From Camelus dromedarius (lineage: Eukaryota), in contig NC_087437.1 in the NCBI RefSeq assembly GCF_036321535.1, forward strand, positions 52,950,001 through 53,014,000: DNA of 64,000 nucleotides, given 5' to 3'. The notes below the pieces were generated by a model, which had not been told where the DNA came from, searched no databases, and was given only the letters and a program-made list of their open reading frames with translations. Shown piece after piece: positions 51,780 to 64,000 of the stretch. Numbering within the stretch: the first letter of the stretch is position 1; the number at the start of each line of letters is the position of its first letter. Made by a program: the position numbers and the translations under genes.

Positions 51780-54330
51780 GCTATTCATAATGGCATACCT
51801 CCTGATTTCTCTGAAGCTCTTAATTTATGGTATCTTAGAATCCCCACAACTTGTTTCCCCAGCTACAAAATGGAATAGAGTGAGCTTCTCTGGTTACTTG
51901 GGAATACCTTTCTTTATTGGGAAGTTCCGATTATTTGAAAGGTCCTTTTTTGTTGAACTAGATTCTCTTCCTGCTTCTGCCCATTGGTCCTATTCTTCCT
52001 TCTGAAGTCGGACAGAATAAGCCTTCTTCTTCCTCCATGGGACCGCCCACCAGACACATGATGATGTACATTAATCGTCATCATCATCATCATGCATGTG
52101 CATTAGACATTGCCATTTGCCAGGCAGGCTTGTATACACATCTCATTTAGCACCTTTATAACAAATCTTACAAGTTAGTTACCAGGATTACCCTCGCTTT
52201 ACATTTGGGGAAACTGAGACACAGTGGCGGTTAAGTAACTTGCCCAAAGTCACACATCCTACAAATGTAAGTATACAGATTGACGGCAGGCAGGCAGAAC
52301 CTCAGGCTCACCCACTGCTTCCTCTCTCCTCCCTCTCACACCATCCTTGGGTGTGCCTCCTCTGGGTTGAAGGCTGCCAATTCTCTCAGCCTCTCCTGTG
52401 GGATGTGGTTTTCAGACCTCCATCCTGGGTGCCCTGTTCTGCACACACCACGGTTTGTTACTCTCCTACTCCATAAGGTCCCAGCACTGCAAGCAACACC
52501 AGCGACAGGACCTGATGGCACAGGCAGCGAGCGCCCCAGCACTTCCTGTGATAGTGTTATCACTATCATGCCCTGGAAAGGAGATAATGTGGGCAGCCCA
52601 TGTAGGGGCTCAACACATGTCCCCCATGATCATTAATCTTATTGTTAAATATGATCAGTGTTGCACGAACTCTTTATTAGCAGGAGATGGTGGCTGGATC
52701 ACTTCAGCCTGAATGAGTGGTCATCTTGGGCATTCAGGCCCTCCTCCTAACATCTACTTCTCAGCCTGCTCATCTCCACCCTGAACTTGTGTAGGTATTT
52801 TTTTAATAGCTCAGACATGGGGTTTTACATTTATGTCATTTAATTTCATCTGGTTTCAGACCCAGCCCTCTTCAGTCCACCTAGATTACATTAAATCTTC
52901 ATTCTATGACCCTGGCCATAACTCCTGTCATTTGGAGATTAAGCCATTAATGCATGTATATAAAGGGCAAAAGCAGGGAATAAGCCCTCTCCTTGGTCGG
53001 TTTAACACACCAGAAACCATGCATCGCATGGGTGTACCAGACTGTCACCCAGACCACTTCTCATTACACGGTGGGATCATGGAACTTAGAGATGAGAGGA
53101 AACTAAGAGAACATGCCCTGGTTTCATCAGTGACGCCCAGCGAAATTAAGGACCTTGCCTGTGGTCACCCAATTTACTAATGGTGGAGCTAGGCTAGTAT
53201 CCAGGCCTGCAGACCTCAATTCTGTGCTTTTTCTATTAAAACATAAGACACTGTGCTGAGATCAAACAGCATTTCCTGAATGACCACCCTACCACTTCTA
53301 TCAGAAAAGGAATAAGAGAACTTATATTAAGTCACTAATACATGTAAAGGGCAACTACTTGGTTAATAATTTATTCCAGAATCTTGCTAGGGATTAGGAT
53401 GAAGTGCAGCTGTCTGTGGTTTCCAGAATGTATCCTTTTCTCCTTTTTTAAAAACTGGGACATTTGTCTGTTTGCCTCTCATTGGATAGAACTCACTCTG
53501 TTTTCTAGACTTACCAAAGGGGCCCCCAAAAGACATCTACAGGTTTGTCCAGCAACTTGGATTCAAATGTATGTTTTCCAAGGCCAGTTAGTTCTCTATT
53601 GGTCAACCTTGGGCTCTGATACCCACCTTTATCATCTGTTCTTCCATTTTTTTGTTACGGCTACTCTGTCTCGGGAAAAGTTAAAAACTTTCAGAATGGC
53701 AAAGTCGTAATGAGCTATGGTTTCCATGTTTTTTTTTTTTTTAATTGAAGTACACATGATCTACAATGTTGTGTTAGTTTCTGGTGTATACGAAAAGATG
53801 CTCCTTAGTGCTCATTATCAGAGACATGCAAACCCATGTTCCTTTTTGCTTCAACATTATCTAACATTCTGCTCTCCCTTCAGCTTGCCCAAAGCCAGGC
53901 TCACAGGTCTGACTTGCTCTTGTGCATTCACACCTGGCTGCATGCTCACACCCTCTTCGTGAATATGCGTACAGTCCTCCAAAAACATGGGCTCAGTCTA
54001 TAGTTCTTTGTGGCTGTCATGGTGATTCTTTTTTTTTTTTTTTTAAAGCTCTTTTCTGTTTTCTTCCTGAAAGAAACTATTAGAAATTTATTTTGAAATA
54101 TCTTCCATCCCTTTGCCCTTTATACCCATATTCATATTTAAGGATTTAGGCTAGAATCTCACTGGGTCAGACTTTTCTCCAAACTCTCTGAAATCAGCTT
54201 TGTTCAACCCCGTGCCTGGCATTGAATTCTTGCACCCTAATCATCTCCTAGACAACACAGTCACTTTCCCTCTTGGTTGCAGTTACTTCTGCCTGACCTC
54301 AATTTATCCATTGTTGGTCAAAACGCCCCC
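51780..54330 (-). mobile_element. Long fragmented L3/CR1 relic interrupted by MIR and L1 pieces
   Basis: Antisense CR1 phrases in colinear order: cccattggtcctattcttccttctg (~51980), tttacatttatgtcatttaatttcatc (~52825), ccttttttaaaaactgggacatttg (~53445). Boundaries approximate. Confidence 0.55.
53728..53790 (-). mobile_element. Very short L1 3'-terminal fragment
   Basis: Poly-T followed by aattgaagta...tacaatgttgtgttagtttctggtgtata, the reverse of an L1 3' terminus. Confidence 0.65.
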
Positions 54331-55659
54331 TCCCTCCTAGAGGTAATAATAATAATATTGGTAGTTACTTGATGAGAGCTTCCTTGCACATTGTGCTGGT
54401 CCTTCTCCTATATTCACTCTTGGAATGCTCATGTGAACGCAAGGAGGGAGGCACCACTGCTACCCACAAGTGACAGGGTATCACATGGGTTAGGGTGCTG
54501 CCTCAAGGCTATGCAACTTCCATTCCACAAGCTGGCAGAGCTAGGTTGCAAACCCAGGCAGTCAGATGCCAGACTCTGGAGACCAAAGAGTCAGTGAGGC
54601 AAATCGAGACTTTGCTGATGCTAGACTTACAGCAAAATTAAACTTCCAGCTGTTGTTTGAATAACTGAAATCTCCCACCATGACTCTGTCTTGTAGAGTA
54701 CTTAGACCAGTGCCTGGCACATCATTGTTGGTATCAGTATTATTATATCTTGCCTCTGTGCCAGTTTTGTTTAAAAAAAAACCTACTAGCACAGCATGGT
54801 CCTTGGCACATAGTATTCCACAAAGTCACCTTTCTTCTCAACTGCCATTTTAAGTGTACCCTGTCCCCTCCATCTCTAGTTATAACAAGCTAGGAGTGTT
54901 AGTTATTAACCTGGTAAGCCATTAACCTGTCTCTGGAAGTGCAGTTTTCCCTCTGCTTTATGATGGATTGTCCCCTTCCCCCACTATCTCATCAAGTCAT
55001 AGGAAAACTGGGGCAAGTAGAAGATGTGGGGGGGGGAGGGGGGCGCGGGGGAAGCCTGGGGACTGTAGGTTGTAGGTGCCCCCACCTTTGGAATGCACCT
55101 ATTTGAAAACTGAGAGGCAATGCCCTGTCTTGGAAGGAGCATGCCCGGGCTTGGAGACGAAGAGATATGGGTTTAAATCTTGGCTCGGTCACTTGCCAGC
55201 TGTGTGATCCTGTGCTGGTTCCTTAGCCTCTTTGAGCTTTAATTTGTCACCTGTAAAGTGGGGGTTGGGATGGTGCGGGGAAATAACATCTACTTCAAGG
55301 GTTTGTCTGGTCTCTGGAAGGCAGTAGCATTCCACAACTGTCTGCATTTTATTACAGTTAATAGTATTACCTGTGCTATGAGGCTTATTTCTTTCTCTGA
55401 ATTCTGAAATCATTCTCCCACTACCTGAGCGCTTGCTGGAAGCATTTAATGGCCTCTTGGCCCAACCCATGCTAGTGAGAGCCTTGCCCGACCATACTTG
55501 CCTGCCCATTCCTCGCGGTTCTTGGCCCAGACATCACACACTGATTTCAGAACCCCCAGGGCTGCTTAGGGCTCGGGAAAGGTGGAAAGCTGCTGTGCTA
55601 GATTTGGGAAAGTGGGGCCCAGAGAAGTACACTGTTGGCTTAAGTGGGACAGGGGCCCC

Positions 55660-56560
55660 AGGGCCGCTCCCGGCGGGTTCCTGAGCTAAATCTTCCTACA
55701 GTTCCATGACGTCATGGGCCTCCTCCCCCTGCTCTGACCGAGGGGCTCCTGGGGAGAGCACAAGGAGGGCGGCGGTCCCTGCGCGCACCGTTAGCCATCC
55801 CTACCCTAGGACGGGGCTGGCAGGCTCGCCTCCAAGTCGCGGCAGCACTGCAGCGGAACCCAGGTATTTATAGCTGGGTATGGGCCGAAACAGAGGGCTC
55901 TTGTCCCTGGCTCCCCGGCAGCAAGCGCGCACACGCCCGGAGCCATGCCTACAGTGGGCGCGGGCGGCGAGGTGCCTGACCGCAGGCCGCCCGGGTCCAA
56001 GGCGGCGCGGCAGGGACGGGGCGGGGTGGGGTGCATCCAGGCCAGCCCTGTTCCTGCTCGCTTGGAAGCGCGTCAGGCCGGAGCCCAGGCCGGAGACGCT
56101 TGCGCCTGCCTGCTCCCAGGCCCCACTGCGCTGGCCCCCAGCTGTCGGCAACATTCGACATTGGTCCCCGCCTTACGACGACAATACCCGTAGTTCTGGT
56201 TTCTTCCAGAGCTAAGGGGTGGTTTGTTTGCTTAGTGGAGGGCCTGTGCATAGGTAACCAGAGCCTGGGTCAGGACCGCAAAGCGCATTCAGGTGCAAAT
56301 AAAACGCACTGGGAATTCGTGTTCATTCCCATCCTCCCAACCCCCTAGCCCATCTCTCGGATCCCTCAAATCTGCAAAATTCTGGGCCGAACTAGGGCCC
56401 GCCAACTTATGCGTGCTCCCTGAGAGGGACAGAGAGCCGAGGAGGTGAGAGAGGGCATTGATGCTTCCCTGCCCGGGCTGCGGATTTTTTCGCGCCCGGG
56501 TGCTGCAGGCCTCGGTGACCTGAAAAAAAAAAGCGGCGAATCTGAGCGAGGCCACCTCCA
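55660..56560. promoter_or_regulatory. Intragenic CpG island in a DGKG intron, promoter-like
   Basis: Sharp rise in GC and CpG density against CpG-poor flanks. Contains CRE TGACGTCA (55707-55714), TATA-like tatttata (55865-55872), GC box GGGGCGGGG (~56018-56026) and E2F-type TTTCGCGC (56488-56495). Confidence 0.8.
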
Positions 56561-56934
56561 TTTCAGCCCTGCCGATCCTATTTCTGAAGGTCCTCAGAGA
56601 AGGATATCCCATAATTTATTTGATGACCTGTTTCAGTTTTTAGCAACTAGGAAATTCTCCCTTCTTCTAACCTCGATTCACGGTGCCACAGATTACGTCG
56701 ATTTTCTCTGGTTTAGAACGCAGATTGTTTTGTTTCATACTCCTGCTGTGGGACTGTGCCTGCTCTCGGGAGCGTCCTCTTAGAGGCCGGATTATAAAGT
56801 GTAACCCAGGTCTCAATGGCTCTGGGGCACTTGTTCCCTTTCACCTTGAAACTTTCTTTCTTGGGTTCCCTGCCTTTATGTTATCTTGGGATTGTCTCCC
56901 ATCTTTGATGATTCTCTCTTGGACTTTCTTAAAA

Positions 56935-57890
56935 AGAAATCTTTTTATTATGGGTATTTCCAAACATACAGGAAAACAGAATAATAAATCCCATGTACTC
57001 CCAAATCTCAGCTTCAGCAATTTGCAACTCACAGGTAATCTTGTTTTAACTCTACCCAGTTCATTTCCCCACCATCATATTGAACATCAGCAAATCTCTG
57101 ATAGTCTGTCATTTCATCTATAAATACTTATGTGTCTTTAAATGATAACTCTGAAAAAAAGAATTACCCCAATTTTCTTATCACTTTTAAAAAGTAATAC
57201 TAATTCTTTAATAGTGATAAATATCCAGTAATTGTTCAAATTTCCTTGATAGTTTCATTTAAAAAAATAATTGGTATGTCTGAAAGGTCTACAGATTGAA
57301 TTTGGTTGTTTTGTCTTTTAGGTTTCTTTTGATCTATAAATTCCCTATCCTTTTCACCCTTGTCTTTTAACATTTATTGAAGGAAATGGGTCATTTGTCC
57401 TGTAGAGCAGTGCTTTTCAAACTTTAACATGCATACAGATCAGTTCAGGATGATTAAAATGCAGATTCTGATTCAGGAGAGGTGGCCTAAGACTCTGCAT
57501 TTCTACATGCTCCCTGGTGATACTGGTGCTGCGTGTGTGATGAGCTGCACTTTGAGAAGGAAGGCTGTGTAGCATTTTCCAGATTCTGAATTTTGCTGAT
57601 TGCATCTCTGAGCTGTCTTTTAAACATATTCCCAGCCCATCTCCTCTATTTTCATTTAATTGGTACTTTTAGATCTGGAGGCTTGATCAGATTCAGGGGT
57701 GATTTTTTGGCAAGAGTACTTTATCAGTGTGTTTCCTGTTGCATCTCATCAGGAGGCACATAGTTTGCTTGTCTCCTTTTTTTGGTGATGTTCAGGTTGG
57801 TTAATGGGTTCAGGTATTTTCAGCCTGAATCTTCCATTACAGAGTTCTTAGTCAATGGGTAGTGATCCTTGCCTGTACCCATTATTACAG
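56935..57890 (-). mobile_element. Old L1 (L1MB/L1MC-type) 3' end with a nested MER5A-like insert (~57408-57560)
   Basis: Begins tttttattatgggtatttccaaacatac (reverse of an L1 3' terminus) and is T-rich throughout. Insert reads cagtgcttttcaaactt...gcagattctgattcag...ctgcatttcta. Confidence 0.72.
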
Positions 57891-60085
57891 TCCTTAGTGG
57901 TAGGATACCCTTAAGGACACCCTAGCATCCTTTCTGTACTTTGCTTCCAAATCTCTACAAATGCCATTTTCTCCATGAACTCTTCCTTTCCATTTTCCAA
58001 AAAGGATCGATCTCTATCTCTCATCTCTGCATTTGTGTTCTCATGGAATCAAAGACCTGAAGAGTCTTGAAAGGTCATTCAGTCTAATTACCTCATTTTA
58101 TAGATAAGAAAAATGGAGGTTAAGGAGGTGAAAGGAATGGTCCAATGTCATAAAGCTAATCAGAGCCAGCAGATCTGGAATTAGACCTTTAGATTGGCAA
58201 CCAAGAGGTCATGAGTGATTTGTAAAGAGGAATTTTGGCAGCTGGACGAGAGCCATACCACAGAATCTTAGAATGGTAAAGCCAAATGGAACATTAGATT
58301 TGGTAATTTCTGATTACTAAAATGAGAACAACGAGGCCCAGGGTTGGTAAGTGAGCCTCCTAGAGTACACAGCTGTCTCTTGCAAGAACTAGGGTTTACC
58401 TTGGGACTAAAGGGTGAGTAGGGGTGGTAGCGAGGGAACACAGTTAGAATAGCCAGTGGCTTTGTGGCAAATGGGGCTGGAGAAAGAAGATGGGATCCAA
58501 AAGAAGAATATGGTTGAGGAAAAGGTTTTTCATGGATGTTTCAGCTAGAGAAGATACTCATTGCATACTTGCTGGAAGAACACGTACGGGAAGAGGAAGG
58601 AGGGAATGCCTAAGATGGGAAATAGACAGAATGGAAGAGGAGGAGCTGAAAATGGTGGTGGGACACAGGTCTGGGGATGATACGGAGTCCTTGCCTTCCT
58701 TTTCTTTCCTTCCCTATGGAGTGAGAAACGGTGTGTATGTGAGTGTCTTTTGGGGAGGGAAGTAAGGAAGTCCTGGGCAATTTTGAGGGAAAACCATATT
58801 TCAGTTATGGTGGGGAGGAAGAGAGAGGGCTGAGGAAGAAGTGGGTGACGAGCAGACACACTTCAATAGGAGTTCTGATGGCTGTGAGGGGGATGGGCAG
58901 GAGGCGAGCGTGGCCTCCCTTGATGCGTGGGCTCCATGTCCGAGCCTCAGATACATATGTAAGGGCATGAGGGTGGCCGGCATAAAGACCTGACCAAGAT
59001 TCCCCCTGTCCCCGACCCCCTTGTTTGAGGGAACAGGATGCTGATAGGTATCAGGCGAAGGAAAAGCCCTGGTTCACCAAACAGCCACAGGGGCCCGAGT
59101 AAGGAGCGGGAGGTAGTGCCCATTTGCAGTGGGAGCATCTCTGCTCCGGTAGGTGGGGAGGGTATTTTCTCTGTGAACTGGCCTGGCAGATTGGAATGCA
59201 GGCTAGACTGTGGGGAAGCCTGGGCACTGGTCCATGGTCCTCTGTGGTTTAGAGAGAGGAGAGTACATGAGGAAGAGGGTTAGCTGGGCCCTAGCAAAGG
59301 CCATGCACTGATGGTAGCCTGAACTGGTCTGTGCAGGGCCATGGGGTTGGGCCTGCTCCCTTCCGTTTCCGCTGTGCTCGCCACCTAAACTGCCAGTAAG
59401 CGCTCTTCTGTCTGTTAAGATCCTATCTTGCCAATGTGAAAGCCGACTCCTCGCTGAGGCTTTTCCCAGTGCTCTAGATGGAAACTGATCTTCCCCTTCT
59501 CTGAATTTTCCTTGCTTTGTTTTTCTGTCGTGTATGGAATATATGTTCTGCCTCGTATCATTCATATTCACCTGCCCCCGAGGAGATTTTAAGCTCCCAG
59601 AGGGTAGGGACCATACGTTACATGGCTCTGTGTTCTCCATGGTTCTGACATGTCTTATCCATTTCAGAAGCCCAATAGAACTATTTTTTTTAATTGGAAG
59701 AATGTGTAGACCAATCCCCAAATGAAAACTAAGGTGTTCACTTCCAGATGAGTTCCCAGAACTTTCTAGGATGAATATACTGACTGAATAGAGTGGACTG
59801 AATGTCCAGATTAGGGAGACATATGGAAGGTTAATCCATGTCTTCAAGAAGTGGTCCTCTGATCACTGATAAGGGAAATCTATATCTGAACAGCTGGGAA
59901 CAAGAATAGGGCACATGGGGCATAATGTATATGAAGGAAACAGCAAGAGATAGAAGACCAAGGCATTCATTCATCCACCAAGAATGATGCAAACCCACTT
60001 ACTCTGTGCTAGAAACCTGGGCATGGAGTGGCAATGGGATGTAGTCCCTGTCTTCAAGGGACCTCTAGTGGGTCAATGCTAGGGG

Positions 60086-60266
60086 CAGTGTTGTGCTGCT
60101 CAATGCTTAACAGCAGGATCTCCAGGGACAAAAGCAGCTCTGATTGTGGTGTTCCACGGCGTAAATACTCCCACTATGGCCAGTTTCAAGCTACCAACAT
60201 GACATCACTGAAAGCGGACTTGGGAACAGACGTGCCAGCAAGCTAGCTGGCTCCAGCACACCACTG
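60086..60266. mobile_element. MER63A-like hAT-Blackjack element
   Basis: Inverted termini cagtgttgtgctg ... cagcacaccactg. Interior gtaaatactcccactatggcc...tttcaagctaccaac matches recalled MER63. Confidence 0.8.
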
Positions 60267-60514
60267 AGAAGGTGGGAGATGTCTGCATATCGCAGGGCCT
60301 GTGGCCAGAATAGAGAAATTCACTGGAGTGAAGACAAGCAGTCAGGGCAAACTGCACTGTCTGTTTTCCCTAGAGAAGAACTAGAGTGTTTTTATTGTCA
60401 ATAATCTAATGTGTATCCTGAGGGAAGAAAAGCGAAGAAATCGAGTGGTGTTGATGAGTGGTGATAGCATTGCTAGAAAGACAGTCCAGTATTATCTACG
60501 TTAAAAACTTCTGG

Positions 60515-60865
60515 ACAAATATCAGATGATATTACTTATATGTGGAATCTAAAAAAATGATACAAAAGAACTTATTTATAAATCAGAAACAGACTCACAG
60601 ACATAGAAAACAAATTTATGGTTACCAGAGGGGAAGGTATAAATTAGGAGTTTGGGATTAGCAGATACACACTACTATATATAAAATAGATAAATAACAA
60701 GGTCCTACTGCATAGCACAGGGAATTATATTCAGTATCTTATAATAACCTATAATGGAAAATAATCTGAAAAGGAATATATATATATATAACTGAATCAC
60801 TTTGCTGTACACCAGAAGCTATCACAACATTGTAAATCAGTTATATTTCAATAAAAAAAAAAAAA
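60515..60865 (+). mobile_element. L1 3' end, older cetartiodactyl-type subfamily
   Basis: Typical L1 3'UTR (atatgtggaatctaaaaaa...agactcacagacatagaaaacaaa...ctactgcatagcacagggaa...aataaa plus A tail). Confidence 0.85.
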
Positions 60866-61241
60866 TTGGCCTGGCAGGTGGCTAAATCTTACAGAGCAGT
60901 GGCTTCCCTTATATTCAGAGGTTGTTTTATGTCATTTTAGGAGCTAATGTCTGTTATGGGCAGTTAAATACCAATACATATACATGTTTTATGATAATAT
61001 TAAACTATATCATTTATTGAATAACTATTATGAACCAGGCACTCCATATATTTTATGTCTAGTCCTTACTACCCTCCAGTGTTGGTATTTGTATCCTCTT
61101 TTTTACAGATGAGGAAAACACTGACTCATTGAAACTGAGGAAGGTCCTTCTTTTCCACATTTATCCAGGTTTGGGGTGGGCTTTATGAACCTACAGGTTT
61201 CCTGCATAAGACGCAAATGATGAAATCAAGACGACAGTCCT

Positions 61242-61370
61242 GGGGAGCATACAGTTCAGTGGTAGAGTGCGTGCTTACCATGCAGAAGGTCCTGGGTTCG
61301 ATGCCCAGTACCTATGTTAAAAAATAAATAAAAATAAATAAACCTAATTACTTCCCCCCATCCAAAAATT
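61242..61370 (+). mobile_element. tRNA-derived camelid SINE (vic-1-like), full length
   Basis: GGGGAG head with A-box-like (cagttcagtggtag) and B-box (ggttcgatgcc) motifs, AAAT-rich middle and cctaattac-C-run tail. Target-site duplication aagacgacagtcc / aagaagacagtcc. Confidence 0.85.
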
Positions 61371-61439
61371 AAGAAGACAGTCCAGCTTACACAGCCTGTA
61401 TCTGATACCTGTTAATTTTGTGCTTTATTACCTATGAGA

Positions 61440-62025
61440 CGACTTTTGGAATATTCTAGATACAGGGATTTGATTCTTCATTTTAAAGAGGACATTGGAA
61501 AAAATGGAGTCTGGCAAGAGAAGAGTGGTCAGGATGTCATGAATCTGTACATCGAGTCATATAAGGAACTGGGGATGCCTAGCTCACGAAGATCAATAGA
61601 AGATGACATGGAAGATAGATCTTCAGCCCTGTGAAGGGCAGTCACACGGAGGAGCAGGAAGGCATGTTCTGTGTGTCCCCAGAGGGTGGAAATAGGCCCA
61701 AAGGATGGAGAATTCCGTCAGACACCCCACAGACACGTATTATGCCTCTGTTTTGTTCCAAGCATTGTGCTCAGGGCTGACAAGGGAAAGATATGACAAC
61801 GAAAGGGACATATATCCTTGTTCAACATCGGGAAGAACTTTTTGAAAGTCAGCGCTGTCCAGCAATGGAACAGGCTTCTGCAAAAGTAGTGAGCTTTCCA
61901 TCCTTGGAGGATTCAGGGAAAGGCTGGATGTGTACTTAACAGAATGTGCCAGAATACAGGGATTTGAGTCTTCATTTTTTGTTGAGTGGTACGTGGGACT
62001 AAATCTCCTTCCAGTTCAGAGACCC
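61440..62025 (+). mobile_element. L3/CR1 LINE 3' fragment
   Basis: aaggaactggggatgcctagc...tgaagggcagtcac...gaagaacttttt...gctgtccagcaatggaacaggct...gtagtgagcttt. Confidence 0.65.
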
Positions 62026-64000
62026 AGCGTCTGCATTCAGCCTTGCTTTGGCAGGCTAAAGTGCTGTCCTGAGAAAGTCTCATTGTGACCCCCTCCCACC
62101 AGCCTCGTCCATCTAGCTGCACGCCCTGCGTTCTCTGACGGTGAGCAATGGAGGGCCAGTGAGACTGGAAAGTGGCTGCCATCTGTGACAGGGATGATGG
62201 AGTCTTGGCGGGGATGTGTGGGCTCAAGGAATGCAGCATTGAAGCCATGTACACACAACCTGCTTAAGAACATCCCATGGGCAGAGAATGTTTTCTTCCT
62301 CTTCAGCCCTCCTCTGTTGCTGTGCCAGGCGGGCACAATGGTGCCTTTGAGAGGGGCAGCTGGAAGGGGGTGTTGGCAGAGAGGCTGGGAGCAGAACATT
62401 GCAGTGGAGGGGGGAACCGAATTCATTTCCAGGAGCAAACCTGCACTGGGTGCCAGTTTCCGAAACAAAACTGCTGTTTCTCAGAGCTCATGGTGGTGGG
62501 TTGCCTCAGAGTTGGACGGAGGGCAAAGCCATTTCCCATCCGCTGCTCCACTCTCCCCAAGTTAAAAAAAAAACCCCAAAAACAACCCTGATGGGTTGAG
62601 GATTCTTGCGCTGGGTGCAGATTAACAGGCTTTGCTGTCTGTCTGGGGAGCTCAGGCCAGCTTGGGGTGGATGGGGCTTCCTTGAAGGGACAAACTTGCC
62701 TGCAGGCAGAGCTGGGCTGATGGTCGTAGGGACCAGCAGGGCTCAGGAGCAGGCAGGCTTCTGGGACACGAGAGAGGGCTCAGGATGGAGACCCCTTCTG
62801 CCTTTCGGAGTCACTTCCTCTGACCCCACAGCAGCCCTGCACCCTTGCTGCCATTTGGGCTCTGCCCACTCACTGTCTTCACTTGCTGGTGGGAAAGAGG
62901 TGGGAGAACTCTGGCATTTCCTGTCTTAGGTTCACAGTTGTCCCAGACCCTGGGCTACTTTCAGAGGTCCCAGCAACAGCACAGAGACAGGCGTGGGAGG
63001 TCTTCCCAGTCTTCCCACTCACCGCACAGTTAGGAGAAGGCCTGGGCGCCAGGCTGCAAGCTCAGCCACCACCCACTTCGCGTTATAGATGGAGCGAGGT
63101 GGGGCCCTTACATGCTGGTGGCTTCCAACAAACAGGCATCACTTGAGGCTGGTCAAGTAGTAATTTCTGTTCGCATTCACACTGATTATGGGATTTTTCG
63201 CACTTTGGGTCCGATTGTACAACCAACAGCCATAGAGCAATTACTTCATTTTGGGTACTGTGCTAGACCTGGGGATACAGGATGAATAAGATAGAGTCCC
63301 TGCTTCAGACAGCTGACTGCCTAGTAGATGTGATGCGCTCAGTCCCGAAGGCAGCCCCGCCACCAACTCAGATGCCACATCCATTAGGGGAGAGCAGAAG
63401 TGTAATGCAGAGGCCAGCTCCTACAGGGAGTGCCAAGGCATGGTGGGGACACATGCCACATGGGCTTGGAAGTCAGCTAATCTCGAAGTACTTATCTTTA
63501 GGAGACTCATTTTCCATGCGTAAATAATACACACCACGCAGAGCTCTTGTGAGGATTAAACAAGACAGTGTATGAAGGTGCCAGGACAGGGCTTGTTCAG
63601 GTCAGTGCTCAGTTAAGTGGCTACTATTGTTATGAACTTCTGGATCCCGGTGGACTTGAGATATAATGTGTATGTGTGCACAGAATTTATCTGGTCCTTT
63701 GTTAGGTGATACGCCCTTCCTGAAAGAGTCAATTCTTCTCCCTTCTTATTCCTTTTCTACAGAAGACTAGGATCAGCAAGTTTATGACCTCACTAAGATA
63801 GATAATCAAAGACCAATCCACTATAGCCAGTGAGATATATTTGTATGTAATGTTCTCTGTCTGTTTCATAACCCAGTTGCAGAAGCAGAAAAGGATTGGA
63901 ATAGTTTTCCCTCAAGGTCCCTGAATCTCCTGAGTGTGGAGATGAAGATCATGAATTCTTTTCAATAATCTAAAAAGCCTAAGAGAAATAATACATTTCC

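Noticed and set aside
55801..56348. Stack of overlapping Arg/Pro/Gly/Ala-rich ORFs, including 55945-56193
   Set aside because: Stop-codon scarcity in a CpG island; no homology recognised. Kept only as context for the promoter hypothesis.
59203..59847. 214-aa minus-strand ORF
   Set aside because: Runs across L2/L3-like repeat remnants, shows no DGK similarity, and has no exon-like boundaries.
61242..61315. tRNA-like sequence with A and B boxes
   Set aside because: It is a SINE head: AT-rich body, tail, TSD and two more dispersed copies, with no intact cloverleaf.
51780..62025. Oppositely oriented L3/CR1 fragments flanking the CpG island as a dsRNA pair
   Set aside because: Too old and diverged; I saw no extended complementarity.
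1..64000. CRISPR arrays, operons, rRNA genes or intact transposase/reverse transcriptase ORFs
   Set aside because: None seen. This is eukaryotic intron and intergenic DNA with only degraded elements and no regularly spaced repeat-spacer structure.

Overview
Mammalian genomic DNA, very likely camelid (camel/alpaca lineage), judged from three tRNA-derived vic-1-type SINEs and cetartiodactyl-type L1 3' ends. The window holds the 3' part of the diacylglycerol kinase gamma gene (DGKG) on the minus strand. Its last four coding exons (50616-50793, 31547-31667, 29268-29328, 19442-19540) have canonical GT-AG sites and compatible phases, and splice into 152 aa ending ...SRSKD*. A ~2.8 kb 3' UTR follows, with an AATAAA at 16630-16635. 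Bases 1-16.6k are intergenic; by human synteny they lead toward the ETV5 promoter, which is not in the window. The rest is intron filled with transposon relics (MIR, L2, L3/CR1, L1, MLT1, MER DNA transposons) and microsatellites. Nearly all ORFs in the supplied track are spurious. I found no convincing new biological system. The best leads are regulatory: a promoter-like intragenic CpG island (55.7-56.6 kb) with a sense poly(A) signal just upstream, two intronic motif clusters, a possible stop-free 360-nt circRNA, a possible DGKB-like truncated C-terminus, and clustered 3' UTR elements. Repeat family names and homology calls come from recall of consensus sequences, not from database searches.
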